DNA of 49,460 bases from Tetramitus jugosus (taxonomy: Eukaryota > Protista > Heterolobosea), in NCBI GenBank assembly GCA_937625935.1, contig CALMHQ010000002.1, forward strand, positions 1 to 49,460, given 5' to 3'. The position numbers were made by a program, and so were the translations under genes. Positions 10,136 to 18,307 of the stretch are shown piece after piece. Position 1 is the stretch's first letter. Each line of letters opens with the position of its first letter. The notes beneath the pieces are model-generated. The model worked only from the letters and a program-made list of their open reading frames with translations, did no database searches and was not told the DNA's origin.

Positions 10136-10170
10136 ATATACTTTTATATAAGTATAGTAATTGTTACTTT

Positions 10171-10242
10171 TTACTCTTAGCTCAGTGGAAGAGCATTCGC
10201 CTTCTAAGCGAGTGGTCACAGGTTCAAGTCCTGTAGAGTATA
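10171..10242 (+). tRNA. trnR: tRNA-Arg(UCU)
   Basis: Cloverleaf, loop CTTCTAA; U1xU72. Confidence 0.92.
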
Positions 10243-10257
10243 TATACTGTATATAGG

Positions 10258-10330
10258 TATGGAATAGCTCAATTGGCAGAGCGAGAGTTTCATGAGCTCC
10301 AGGTTATAGGTTCAAGTCCTATTTCCATCA
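10258..10330 (+). tRNA. trnM: tRNA-Met(CAU), probably elongator
   Basis: Cloverleaf, loop TTCATGA; U1xC72. Confidence 0.85.
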
Positions 10331-10340
10331 ATTTTATTAT

Positions 10341-10423
10341 AACTACTTGGTGGAACGGTAGACACGAGAGACTTAAAATCTCTTAGCTTTTTAGCTGTGC
10401 AGGTTCGATTCCTGTAGTAGTAA
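10341..10423 (+). tRNA. trnL: tRNA-Leu(UAA)
   Basis: Loop CTTAAAA, long variable arm; A1xA72. Confidence 0.92.
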
Positions 10424-10441
10424 TACATTAATTACGAATAA

Positions 10442-12757
10442 ATGAGAGTGCGACAAAATGATATAATAAATTCTTCATCATTACTATTCAATGTACCATC
10501 ATTGATAAATATTACAACATATAAAAAAAACAAGAAAATTACAAAGTTTGTATTATTGTCAGAATTAGTTTATATGATAATATTACAAACAAAAAATTAT
10601 AAAAAATTACATGAAAATATTTTAAGACAAATAAGTTATATAAAAAAAAAATTATTTATGTTGATTAAAGAAGAATTAGAAAAGGCAAACAGAGTAGATA
10701 TTTTAGTATTAAAAAAAAAATTATTGAGAAATAATATTTCTTATGATAGTTTTGTTGATTTTATATTGTTAGACAATAAAGGACTTAATATTTCTCACTA
10801 TTTAAGAAAACATTTTAAAGAGGAGATAGATCATATAAAATTAAAAATTAAAGATAATAGTGTATATATTAAATATATATATCTAAAGAAAATAATAACA
10901 TACTTAAATAGAATATTAAATGATAAATTAGATAAAATAAATTATTTTTTTTATAAAATAATTTATCAAGTGTTAAAAAATAAAAATAATAGATTAAAAT
11001 TAAAAATATTAATTACTAGAATTATCAAAATGTATACTTCAAAAGGTTTAAATATTGAATTAAGTAGACAACGATTACAAAGATACTTATTAAAATGTTT
11101 TAAAAAATCAAATAATTTTAATTATAAATATTTACCGAACTCTGATGAAACTAGTGTGAAAGAACGAAATGTATTAGTTATTCAAAGGGATAATGCAAGC
11201 TCAATTAAAGAGGTATTGAATTATATTGTTAAACATAAATATGGATTTGGTTATTATAAGTTTTATAGAGAATTAAAAGCACGTAACTTAGAAAATATTT
11301 CTATTATTGAATTATTTAAATTATTTGACAGAGTTAATAATAATACATTATTTGGTATCTTTAAAAATTTAAATATTAAAATAAACAATAAAAAAGAAAA
11401 TAAATTATTAACTATTAATAATGTAGAGTTAAATAATTATAGAGTTTTAAGAAAAAATAATTTATATTTTTTACAATCTGATTATCATACATATTATAAT
11501 AAAGATCTTTATGGTATTTATAATGTGTATAATTTTTTTAATAGTTTAATTAAACATAAAAAAAATGATAATTTTTTAGGTGTTTCTGATAAATTATTAG
11601 AATTATTTAGCAAGAGTTATTTAAAGTATATTTTTTTTAATTTTGAGTATACTGATTTAGGTGAAGAATCTATAGTTGCTTATGGCGCATTGAATGATTT
11701 ATATAGTTATATGAGTAGCAACAAATTAAAAAAAGTAAAAAAGCAAAATATACCTTTTGATATAAATTTAGATTTTTTTATTACAGACACTATTTCTTTT
11801 TATGATATTATAAAAAGAAAAAAACATATTGAAGAATTATTCATAAATAATATCTTAGAGCAAACAAGTAGTTATTTTTATAAAATAAAAAATATTTATT
11901 TAAATTATGATATAATTAAGTCTTTTAGTTTAGCAAATATTAATACTAGTCATAAATTATTAAACCTTTCAGATAATTTAAATCAAATACACATATACAG
12001 TATTTTAAATAATATTTTTCTTCGTTATTTTACTAAACTAAGAAAAATAATTTATATTAATATTAATAATATTTCTGATAATAATGTAATAACATTACTA
12101 CATAACAAAAAAATATTTAATGTAATTTCAGATACAATTTCAAATCATTTTAATGATAAAAATGATTTGTTAAATTTAAAAAAAAATATATTAAATGAAG
12201 AAGATAGTACTGAAAATATTAATTTAAATATATCTAAATTTCTTATAAAAATTGAATCAAATCTTTTAAATAAAACATTAATTGATCAAATACCTTTATT
12301 AGAGAAACAATATTTAAATAATACATTAATTTATAATAAAGAAACTATTGTGAATAAATCCGAATGTTTAATTAGTATTAATAATCATATTCTATATAAA
12401 ATTCGTAACAATATAAGTATCTTTTTTAAAAATAATATAGATAGTGAGATAAAATTATTTCATTTGCAGGAAAGTTTTAATAGTTTTTTTTTTAAAAGGT
12501 TAATTTCTTTTAATAATATACTTAAACTTTCAAAAAAAGAAACAAGATTTTTAATAAAAAATAATATAATGTTTTTTTTAAATACTAAAGATTATTTTGG
12601 TGAATTAAATACAGAACGTTTGATGAAAATAAATTATTCATTTTTATTGGATGATTATAGTAGAGTACTAACTAGCATTATTACATACACTACTACTGAA
12701 TTAGAAAAAATTACAAAATTTCAAGCTAAAAGAAAACAATCTAATCGTATATACTAA
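10442..12757 (+). CDS. orf771, Lys/Asn-rich; candidate highly expanded ribosomal protein uS4
   Basis: N-terminal KKNKKITKF...LQTKNYKKLHENI and later KFLIKIESNL weakly recall uS4 motifs. No other rps4 seen in the genome. Confidence 0.5.
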   Translation: MRVRQNDIINSSSLLFNVPSLINITTYKKNKKITKFVLLSELVYMIILQTKNYKKLHENILRQISYIKKKLFMLIKEELEKANRVDILVLKKKLLRNNISYDSFVDFILLDNKGLNISHYLRKHFKEEIDHIKLKIKDNSVYIKYIYLKKIITYLNRILNDKLDKINYFFYKIIYQVLKNKNNRLKLKILITRIIKMYTSKGLNIELSRQRLQRYLLKCFKKSNNFNYKYLPNSDETSVKERNVLVIQRDNASSIKEVLNYIVKHKYGFGYYKFYRELKARNLENISIIELFKLFDRVNNNTLFGIFKNLNIKINNKKENKLLTINNVELNNYRVLRKNNLYFLQSDYHTYYNKDLYGIYNVYNFFNSLIKHKKNDNFLGVSDKLLELFSKSYLKYIFFNFEYTDLGEESIVAYGALNDLYSYMSSNKLKKVKKQNIPFDINLDFFITDTISFYDIIKRKKHIEELFINNILEQTSSYFYKIKNIYLNYDIIKSFSLANINTSHKLLNLSDNLNQIHIYSILNNIFLRYFTKLRKIIYININNISDNNVITLLHNKKIFNVISDTISNHFNDKNDLLNLKKNILNEEDSTENINLNISKFLIKIESNLLNKTLIDQIPLLEKQYLNNTLIYNKETIVNKSECLISINNHILYKIRNNISIFFKNNIDSEIKLFHLQESFNSFFFKRLISFNNILKLSKKETRFLIKNNIMFFLNTKDYFGELNTERLMKINYSFLLDDYSRVLTSIITYTTTELEKITKFQAKRKQSNRIY

Positions 12758-12772
12758 TTGTTATGTTTAAAT

Positions 12773-12844
12773 GACTAAGTAGCTCAGTGGTAGAGCAGTT
12801 GACTGTTAATCAATTGGTCATAGGTTCAAATCCTATCTTGGTCT
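12773..12844 (+). tRNA. trnN: tRNA-Asn(GUU)
   Basis: Cloverleaf, loop CTGTTAA, paired acceptor stem. Confidence 0.93.
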
Positions 12845-12856
12845 ATTATTATTGAT

Positions 12857-12929
12857 GAGTGAGTATGTCAATTGGTAGACTCTCCGTTTTGGGTATGGAA
12901 TAATGTAGGTTCGAATCCTGCCTCACTCA
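12857..12929 (+). tRNA. trnP: tRNA-Pro(UGG)
   Basis: Acceptor GAGTGAG/CTCACTC, loop TTTGGGT. Confidence 0.9.
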
Positions 12930-12933
12930 TATT

Positions 12934-13016
12934 TGTAAGGTGGCTGAGTGGTCAAAAGCGGCAGACTGTAAATCTGCTCCGGTAACGGTTCACAGGTTCA
13001 AATCCTATCCTTACCA
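12934..13016 (+). tRNA. trnY: tRNA-Tyr(GUA)
   Basis: GCAGA-CTGTAAA-TCTGC, long variable arm; U1xC72. Confidence 0.93.
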
Positions 13017-13049
13017 ATACGATAAGTTTAATAGTCTTTATTTTTATTA

Positions 13050-13121
13050 TTGGTAGTAACTCAATGGTAGAGTAGTGGTTTGTGGTACCATTAGTTGAGA
13101 GTTCGATCCTCTTCTACCACC
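13050..13121 (+). tRNA. trnH: tRNA-His(GUG)
   Basis: Loop TTGTGGT, C73; U1xC72 and no encoded G-1. Confidence 0.92.
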
Positions 13122-13136
13122 TATTAAAAAAAGTTC

Positions 13137-13217
13137 GCAGCTATGATGAAATGGTAAACATGTTGGTTTTAGATTCCAATCCTTAATAGGTTGAGGGTTC
13201 GACTCCCTTTAGCTGTA
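13137..13217 (+). tRNA. trnL: tRNA-Leu(UAG)
   Basis: Acceptor GCAGCTA/TAGCTGT, loop TTTAGAT, variable arm. Confidence 0.9.
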
Positions 13218-13230
13218 TAATATACAAATA

Positions 13231-13635
13231 ATGATAATGGTAGATTCAATATTACCTTTTAGAACAGATAAATCAAAACAAGTATCACAATTAAATTTAT
13301 TAAATATATTTCAATTTTTTTCGCAACGATATGGTATAGGTAAAGGTATTAGCAATATTTTAATTTCTTATTCAGGTTATCATAAAAAAATAAAGTATGC
13401 TGTGTTAGAAAAAAAAAATAGTTATGTTTTATTTAGATATAAAGATTTTTTTATTGAAAAAAAAAAATTTTTAGATAATTTTATATTGGAAGATATGAAA
13501 AATAATATAAAATCTTATATATCTGATTGTACATTAAAAGGTAAGAAATTTAGATTAGGTATGCCTGTTAGAGGGCAACGAGTAAAAACTAATGGTAATA
13601 CTTCTAAGAAGTTAAAAGCATTTTTACGTTATTAA
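13231..13635 (+). CDS. rps13: Ribosomal protein uS13
   Basis: YGIG and GMPVRGQRVKTN motifs. Confidence 0.92.
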   Translation: MIMVDSILPFRTDKSKQVSQLNLLNIFQFFSQRYGIGKGISNILISYSGYHKKIKYAVLEKKNSYVLFRYKDFFIEKKKFLDNFILEDMKNNIKSYISDCTLKGKKFRLGMPVRGQRVKTNGNTSKKLKAFLRY

Positions 13636-13667
13636 TTGAACACTTATATAAAGTATATAGAATAATT

Positions 13668-14342
13668 ATGTATAATAATAAAATAAGAGATAAAATAAAA
13701 AATAAAATAGTTCTATTATTGCACAGCTCTATAAATAAATTTCAATTAAATGAAATGTTAACATTTAGTTCATCTTCATTTTTGAATAGAGTAGACAAAG
13801 ACACAAATCAAGAGGCAAGGATTTATATTCAGAGTTTGGGCAGAAACACTTTTATTACTGTTTCATTGGATGATAAATTGATTTATAATAGATCTATTGG
13901 TCAATTTAAAGTATCTAATTCAAAATTAAAAAAAAAAGATAAACGTAGAATGATGTATATTCATTCATTTTTACAATCTTTTAATCATTATTTTTTTAAG
14001 ACATTAACTAAAAAATACAATATAAAAAATGTATCATTTTACTTAAATTGTTTACCTAGAATTGTAAATGCGATATTAAAAGATTTTTCTTTTAAGTATT
14101 ATAGTCGTTTATATTTTGCAAGAAAGGCTCATCGTAAATATATAAGATTTAAAAATAGAAGATATTTAAAAAATAAAAAATTATTTGCAAGACTAAAAAT
14201 AAAAAAAAAATTTAAAAAAAAATTATATTTACTTGATTTTATACGTAAACATAGATATAATAAATTTTTTAGTATACGTAGTATTAACTATTTAGGTAAA
14301 ATTTCTTATAATGGTTGCAGAAAAAAAAAGAAAAAAATATAA
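13668..14342 (+). CDS. rps11: Ribosomal protein uS11, with basic insertion
   Basis: IYIQSLGRNTFIT and C-terminal SYNGCRKKK; follows rps13. Confidence 0.85.
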   Translation: MYNNKIRDKIKNKIVLLLHSSINKFQLNEMLTFSSSSFLNRVDKDTNQEARIYIQSLGRNTFITVSLDDKLIYNRSIGQFKVSNSKLKKKDKRRMMYIHSFLQSFNHYFFKTLTKKYNIKNVSFYLNCLPRIVNAILKDFSFKYYSRLYFARKAHRKYIRFKNRRYLKNKKLFARLKIKKKFKKKLYLLDFIRKHRYNKFFSIRSINYLGKISYNGCRKKKKKI

Positions 14343-14363
14343 TGTACTTTTAAGTAATTATGT

Positions 14364-14435
14364 ATTCTTGTAGCTCAGTGGTAGAGCATTCCGCTCATAA
14401 CGGATTGGTCATGGGTTCAATTCCTATCAAGAATA
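14364..14435 (+). tRNA. trnI: tRNA with CAU anticodon, probably Ile(CAU, lysidine type)
   Basis: Cloverleaf; CCG-CTCATAA-CGG anticodon arm resembles organellar trnI(CAU). A Met identity is not excluded. Confidence 0.75.
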
Positions 14436-14437
14436 CT

Positions 14438-14511
14438 TCGGTGGTAACTCAGTTGGTTAGAGTAATTGTTTGTCACACAGGAGGTCGTAGGTTCAAATCC
14501 TATCCATCGCA
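14438..14511 (+). tRNA. trnD: tRNA-Asp(GUC)
   Basis: Loop TTGTCAC; U1xC72. Confidence 0.9.
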
Positions 14512-14679
14512 TTTATTTAATTTAATTAATAAGCAATTGTATATCAAATAATATATTTTTACTATAGTACTAACTTAAACTTTTATTAATTATGTGTAGT
14601 TAATTAATTGTATTATTAACTCTATATTGCATGTTCAATTGTATACTGATAACTTGTAATGTGTAATATTAAGTATACA

Positions 14680-15501
14680 ATGTTAAATTTTAACGTATTT
14701 CAATATTTCTTTTTTGGAGAGGTTGCAAATGATACAATGTTTAATATTGCAATGTTATATAAAGAAACAGTTATTATGATGTTATTGATTCTATATGTAG
14801 TATTATCTATAATTTTTTATATTATAGAAAATTTTAATCATGAAACAAATAAATTTCCAATTTATTTTAGTAAAGAAACAGAATCAACATTAGATATTGT
14901 TTTTGTATTATTCCCAACAGCAATAATAGCATATTTAATTATTCCTGCAGTAGGGTATGTATATAATATTGAATATAGTGCAGCTCAAGTGGAAACATTA
15001 TTTAATGTTTATGTAATAGGTCATCAATGGTATTGGTCTTATGAATATGAAGTAAATATTTGTAATGATAGTAATTTAAATTTTTTAGGAAATGATTTTA
15101 TTAAACAAAAATTAACTTTTGATAGTTTAATTGATTTATCAGCATCTGATTCTAGATTACTAGCGGTAGATAAAAGATTAATATTACCTTCTAGTTCCTA
15201 TATTAATTTATTAATTACTTCTGAGGATGTTATACATTCTTGGGCACTTCCTCAATTAGGTATAAAGGTTGATGCAATACCAGGTAGATTAGCAGAATAT
15301 GTGTTTTTTGCTAATTTTAATGGTATTTATTATGGTCAATGCTCTGAATTGTGTGGTGTAAATCATGGTTTTATGCCTATTTGTGTTGAAACTATTTCTA
15401 GTGATATTTTTTTAGATTTTTTATTAGTTAGTATAAATTTTAATCCAAGTAAGTTATTATTAGATAATTGTGATGGATTTATATTAAATAATGAAATTTA
15501 A
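14680..15501 (+). CDS. cox2: Cytochrome c oxidase subunit 2 (alternative ATG at 14659)
   Basis: GHQWYWSYEY, DVIHSW, CSELCGVNHGFM CuA motif. Confidence 0.98.
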   Translation: MLNFNVFQYFFFGEVANDTMFNIAMLYKETVIMMLLILYVVLSIIFYIIENFNHETNKFPIYFSKETESTLDIVFVLFPTAIIAYLIIPAVGYVYNIEYSAAQVETLFNVYVIGHQWYWSYEYEVNICNDSNLNFLGNDFIKQKLTFDSLIDLSASDSRLLAVDKRLILPSSSYINLLITSEDVIHSWALPQLGIKVDAIPGRLAEYVFFANFNGIYYGQCSELCGVNHGFMPICVETISSDIFLDFLLVSINFNPSKLLLDNCDGFILNNEI

Positions 15502-15536
15502 TATAAATAATATTATGTATAGGTATAATTGATGCA

Positions 15537-15696
15537 AGATGTAAAATATTATGTATTTTACAAATAAAAATAACAATAACGTATTGTTATATTAATATAA
15601 AAGATGCGACAATGTAGCAGTACTATAATTATTTTTTTAGTAGTATTGGATACATTATATTTTATGCTTTATTAGCATAAAATATACTTTACATCT
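15537..15696 (+). ncRNA. Putative structured non-coding element upstream of atp1
   Basis: 9-bp closing helix enclosing three hairpins (9 bp, an interrupted long stem, 13 bp). Confidence 0.35.
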
Positions 15697-15726
15697 GTAA
15701 ACAATAAATTAAATAATTTAATAATC

Positions 15727-17388
15727 ATGAAAAATATTATAAGTATAGATACTATTGGTAAAGTAAAAAAAATATTTGATCATTTTGTTATAGCAGAAGG
15801 TTTAGATACAGCATATATAGGAGAAGTTGTAAATTTTAAAAATAAAAGATCTGAAATTACAGGTCAAATATTAAATTTAGAAAAAAAAGAAGTTAAGATT
15901 GCTATATTAAGTGGTGATCAATCTGATATTGAAATTAATGATGTTATTTACAGAACATATAAAATGGTTGAAATTCCAGTTGGTACTAGAGTATTAGGTA
16001 GAGTAATGGATCCAGTAGGGGAATGCTTAAATAAAAAAGAATTTGACAGACATGAATATGTGTATAACGAAACTATATATACACAAAAATATGAAATCGA
16101 AAGAAATTCTCCAGGTATTATCGAAAGAGAAACAGTTAGAACTCCTTATATGACTGGTATTAATGTAATAGATTTTTTTATACCAGTAGGTTGTGGACAA
16201 AGGGAATTAGTTATTGGTGATAATAATACAGGTAAAACTACATTATGTGTTACAGCTATATTACATCAAAGACACTGGAATAATCAAATCCATTCTTTAT
16301 GGAGAGAAATGGAAGGCTCTATGAAAGTATATACACATTATAGCTTAAGACCTTGTGTATATGTTTGGGTAGGTGCTCGTAAATCTGAAGCAGCAAGATT
16401 AAAAAGTTTATTAAAAACAAGTAATGCTTTAAATTATACATCTATAGTATTTACTTCTGCAGATCAACCTGCAGCTTTACAATTCTTAGCTCCATACTCT
16501 GGTATAGCTGTTGCTGAGTGGTTTAGAGATCGTGGTCATGCTGCATTAGTAGTATTTGATGATCTATCTCAACATGCTGTTGCATACAGACAAATGTCTT
16601 TAATTTTAAGAAGACCTCCAGGTAGAGAAGCTTACCCAGGTGATGTATTCTATGTACATTCTAAATTATTAGAAAGATCTGGCCAAGTTTGTAAACCAAA
16701 AGGTGGTGGATCTGTTACAGCATTACCAGTAATAGAAACTAAAGCAGGTGATATATCTTCATATATACCTACAAATGTTATTTCTATTACTGATGGTCAA
16801 GTATTCTTATCATTAGAATTAATTAATAAAGGTATTCGTCCAGCTATACATATAGGTTTATCTGTAAGTAGAGTTGGTAGTTCTGCTCAATATAGAACAA
16901 TGAATTACTTATCTAAACGTTTAAAACATGATATGGCTTTATATATTTCTTTTGCTGGTTCTCAAAAAATAGGTTCTAGTGTTGATGAAGCAATTAAACA
17001 ATATATAAGTAGAGGTGAAAAAATAATTGATTTATTTAGACAAGGTTCATATCATTCATACAGATTATTTCATCAAGTTGTGATGGCATATAGTTTAGTA
17101 AAAGGTAATTGTGATTTTTTAGACACTAAGTATTTAAAATTATATTTTGCTATTAAATTTAATAAATTAATATCTGCTAAATATTTAAAGGCTAATGTAA
17201 CACAATATTTATTATATATTGATGAAATAGAAGCTATGTTTAAAAGTAGAAATATTGAATTATTTGAAGAAGATTTAAAGATGTGGGATAATGCTTTTAA
17301 AAATTTTTTTTATAAAGACCTTTATCCTAGATTATTAGCTGATAAAAAAGATAGATTCTTTAATATGATGAAATCACAATATTTATAA
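15727..17388 (+). CDS. atp1: ATP synthase F1 subunit alpha (divergent)
   Basis: GQRELVIGDNNTGKT, LRRPPGREAYPGDVFY, PTNVISITDGQ, GLSVSRVG. Confidence 0.97.
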   Translation: MKNIISIDTIGKVKKIFDHFVIAEGLDTAYIGEVVNFKNKRSEITGQILNLEKKEVKIAILSGDQSDIEINDVIYRTYKMVEIPVGTRVLGRVMDPVGECLNKKEFDRHEYVYNETIYTQKYEIERNSPGIIERETVRTPYMTGINVIDFFIPVGCGQRELVIGDNNTGKTTLCVTAILHQRHWNNQIHSLWREMEGSMKVYTHYSLRPCVYVWVGARKSEAARLKSLLKTSNALNYTSIVFTSADQPAALQFLAPYSGIAVAEWFRDRGHAALVVFDDLSQHAVAYRQMSLILRRPPGREAYPGDVFYVHSKLLERSGQVCKPKGGGSVTALPVIETKAGDISSYIPTNVISITDGQVFLSLELINKGIRPAIHIGLSVSRVGSSAQYRTMNYLSKRLKHDMALYISFAGSQKIGSSVDEAIKQYISRGEKIIDLFRQGSYHSYRLFHQVVMAYSLVKGNCDFLDTKYLKLYFAIKFNKLISAKYLKANVTQYLLYIDEIEAMFKSRNIELFEEDLKMWDNAFKNFFYKDLYPRLLADKKDRFFNMMKSQYL

Positions 17389-17417
17389 TTAGTATACTGT
17401 CATTATTTATGTTTATC

Positions 17418-17447
17418 ATTATTAAAAATTATTGATTACTTATTTAT
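17418..17447 (+). repeat. 30-bp dispersed direct repeat, copy 1 (identical to 37604..37633)
   Basis: ATTATTAAAAATTATTGATTACTTATTTAT at both loci. Confidence 0.85.
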
Positions 17448-17460
17448 CATATTTCATATT

Positions 17461-18006
17461 ATGAATATTTTATTATTTGTTGGAGTGTTTATTGTAGTTT
17501 GTACTACACAAAATTTACTAGGCATTGGGTGTGATTCATCACAAGCTTTATTGGATAATGATTTAAAAGAAATTCATGATAAAGAAATGCAAGCTTTATT
17601 GGATCATGATTCAAGAGAAATTCATGATAAAGAAATGCAAGCTTATGATAAAGCAGAAAAAATGTTGTTAAAGCAACAAGAGATAGAAAAAGAAAGTGTA
17701 TTACAAATACAGTCTTTAATAACAGCTTCTTATGAAGCTGATTCTATTGTTCATGAGAAAATGTATAGAGTGGTATCAGCATACAGGGATCATCTTTGTG
17801 ACAACATAGAAAGAGATGGATTCTCATTAACTAGAGAAGATAGATCACTAGTTTTTTGTCAGGTTCATGATATGTTTATGGCGGTAATAGGTCAAGTTGA
17901 ATCTAAGAAAGAGGCATGCGAAATAGTTGATGCTTTGTATAATCAAAAAGTATTAAACAACATGGACGGTATAGAAGAAATTATTCAACGTACTAGAACA
18001 CATTAA
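17461..18006 (+). CDS. orf181, unknown: hydrophobic N-terminus, acidic body with internal 16-aa repeat
   Basis: ATG ORF with TTGATTAC exactly 29 nt upstream, as for housekeeping genes. Confidence 0.7.
   Translation: MNILLFVGVFIVVCTTQNLLGIGCDSSQALLDNDLKEIHDKEMQALLDHDSREIHDKEMQAYDKAEKMLLKQQEIEKESVLQIQSLITASYEADSIVHEKMYRVVSAYRDHLCDNIERDGFSLTREDRSLVFCQVHDMFMAVIGQVESKKEACEIVDALYNQKVLNNMDGIEEIIQRTRTH
17542..17644 (+). repeat. 48-bp tandem repeat, about 2.1 copies, in orf181
   Basis: Units start at 17542, 17590 and 17638 (QALLDNDLKEIHDKEM / QALLDHDSREIHDKEM / QA). Confidence 0.92.
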
Positions 18007-18022
18007 AAAAAGTATTACTGAT

Positions 18023-18097
18023 TAAAAGATGCCTGAGTGGTCAAAAGGGTTAGTTTGCTAAACTAATAAATCGCAGGTTCGAATCCTGTTCTTTTCT
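18023..18097 (+). tRNA. trnS: tRNA-Ser(GCU) with short variable region
   Basis: TTAGT-TTGCTAA-ACTAA, Ser-like D arm; U1xC72. Confidence 0.82.
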
Positions 18098-18168
18098 TTA
18101 GGAGTAGTTCAACGGTAGAATGTGAGTCTCCAAAACTCAATATAAGGGTTCAATTCCCTTCTCTCTTA
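18098..18168 (+). tRNA. trnW: tRNA-Trp(CCA)
   Basis: TGAGT-CTCCAAA-ACTCA; positions 1-3 all mismatched. Confidence 0.9.
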
Positions 18169-18176
18169 TCTATTTT

Positions 18177-18249
18177 TGCTCCTTCGTCTAGCGGTCTAGG
18201 ACGATACCCTTTCACGGTACAAACACGAGTTCAAATCTCGTAGGAGTCA
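18177..18249 (+). tRNA. trnE: tRNA-Glu(UUC)
   Basis: Loop CTTTCAC; U1xC72. Confidence 0.92.
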
Positions 18250-18275
18250 TTTTTTATTACAGATTATTTATATTA

Positions 18276-18303
18276 GAAATAATGTTTTTTAAAACATTAT
18301 TTC
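18276..18303. repeat. Perfect 13-bp inverted repeat immediately 5' of rns
   Basis: GAAATAATGTTTT-TT-AAAACATTATTTC. Confidence 0.8.
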
Positions 18304-18307
18304 GTGT

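Noticed and set aside
14360-14551. 63-aa ORF
   Set aside because: Translation of two tRNA genes
17542-17644. CRISPR-like array
   Set aside because: Two adjacent in-frame copies with no spacers; an ordinary coding tandem duplication
18023-18097. Calling this tRNA Cys because of U73
   Set aside because: The anticodon is GCT, the D arm is Ser-like, and the other two Ser genes also have T at 73
18098-18168. UGA=Trp genetic code
   Set aside because: trnW has CCA, conserved Trp residues use TGG, and TGA terminates rpl16, rpl6 and rpl11
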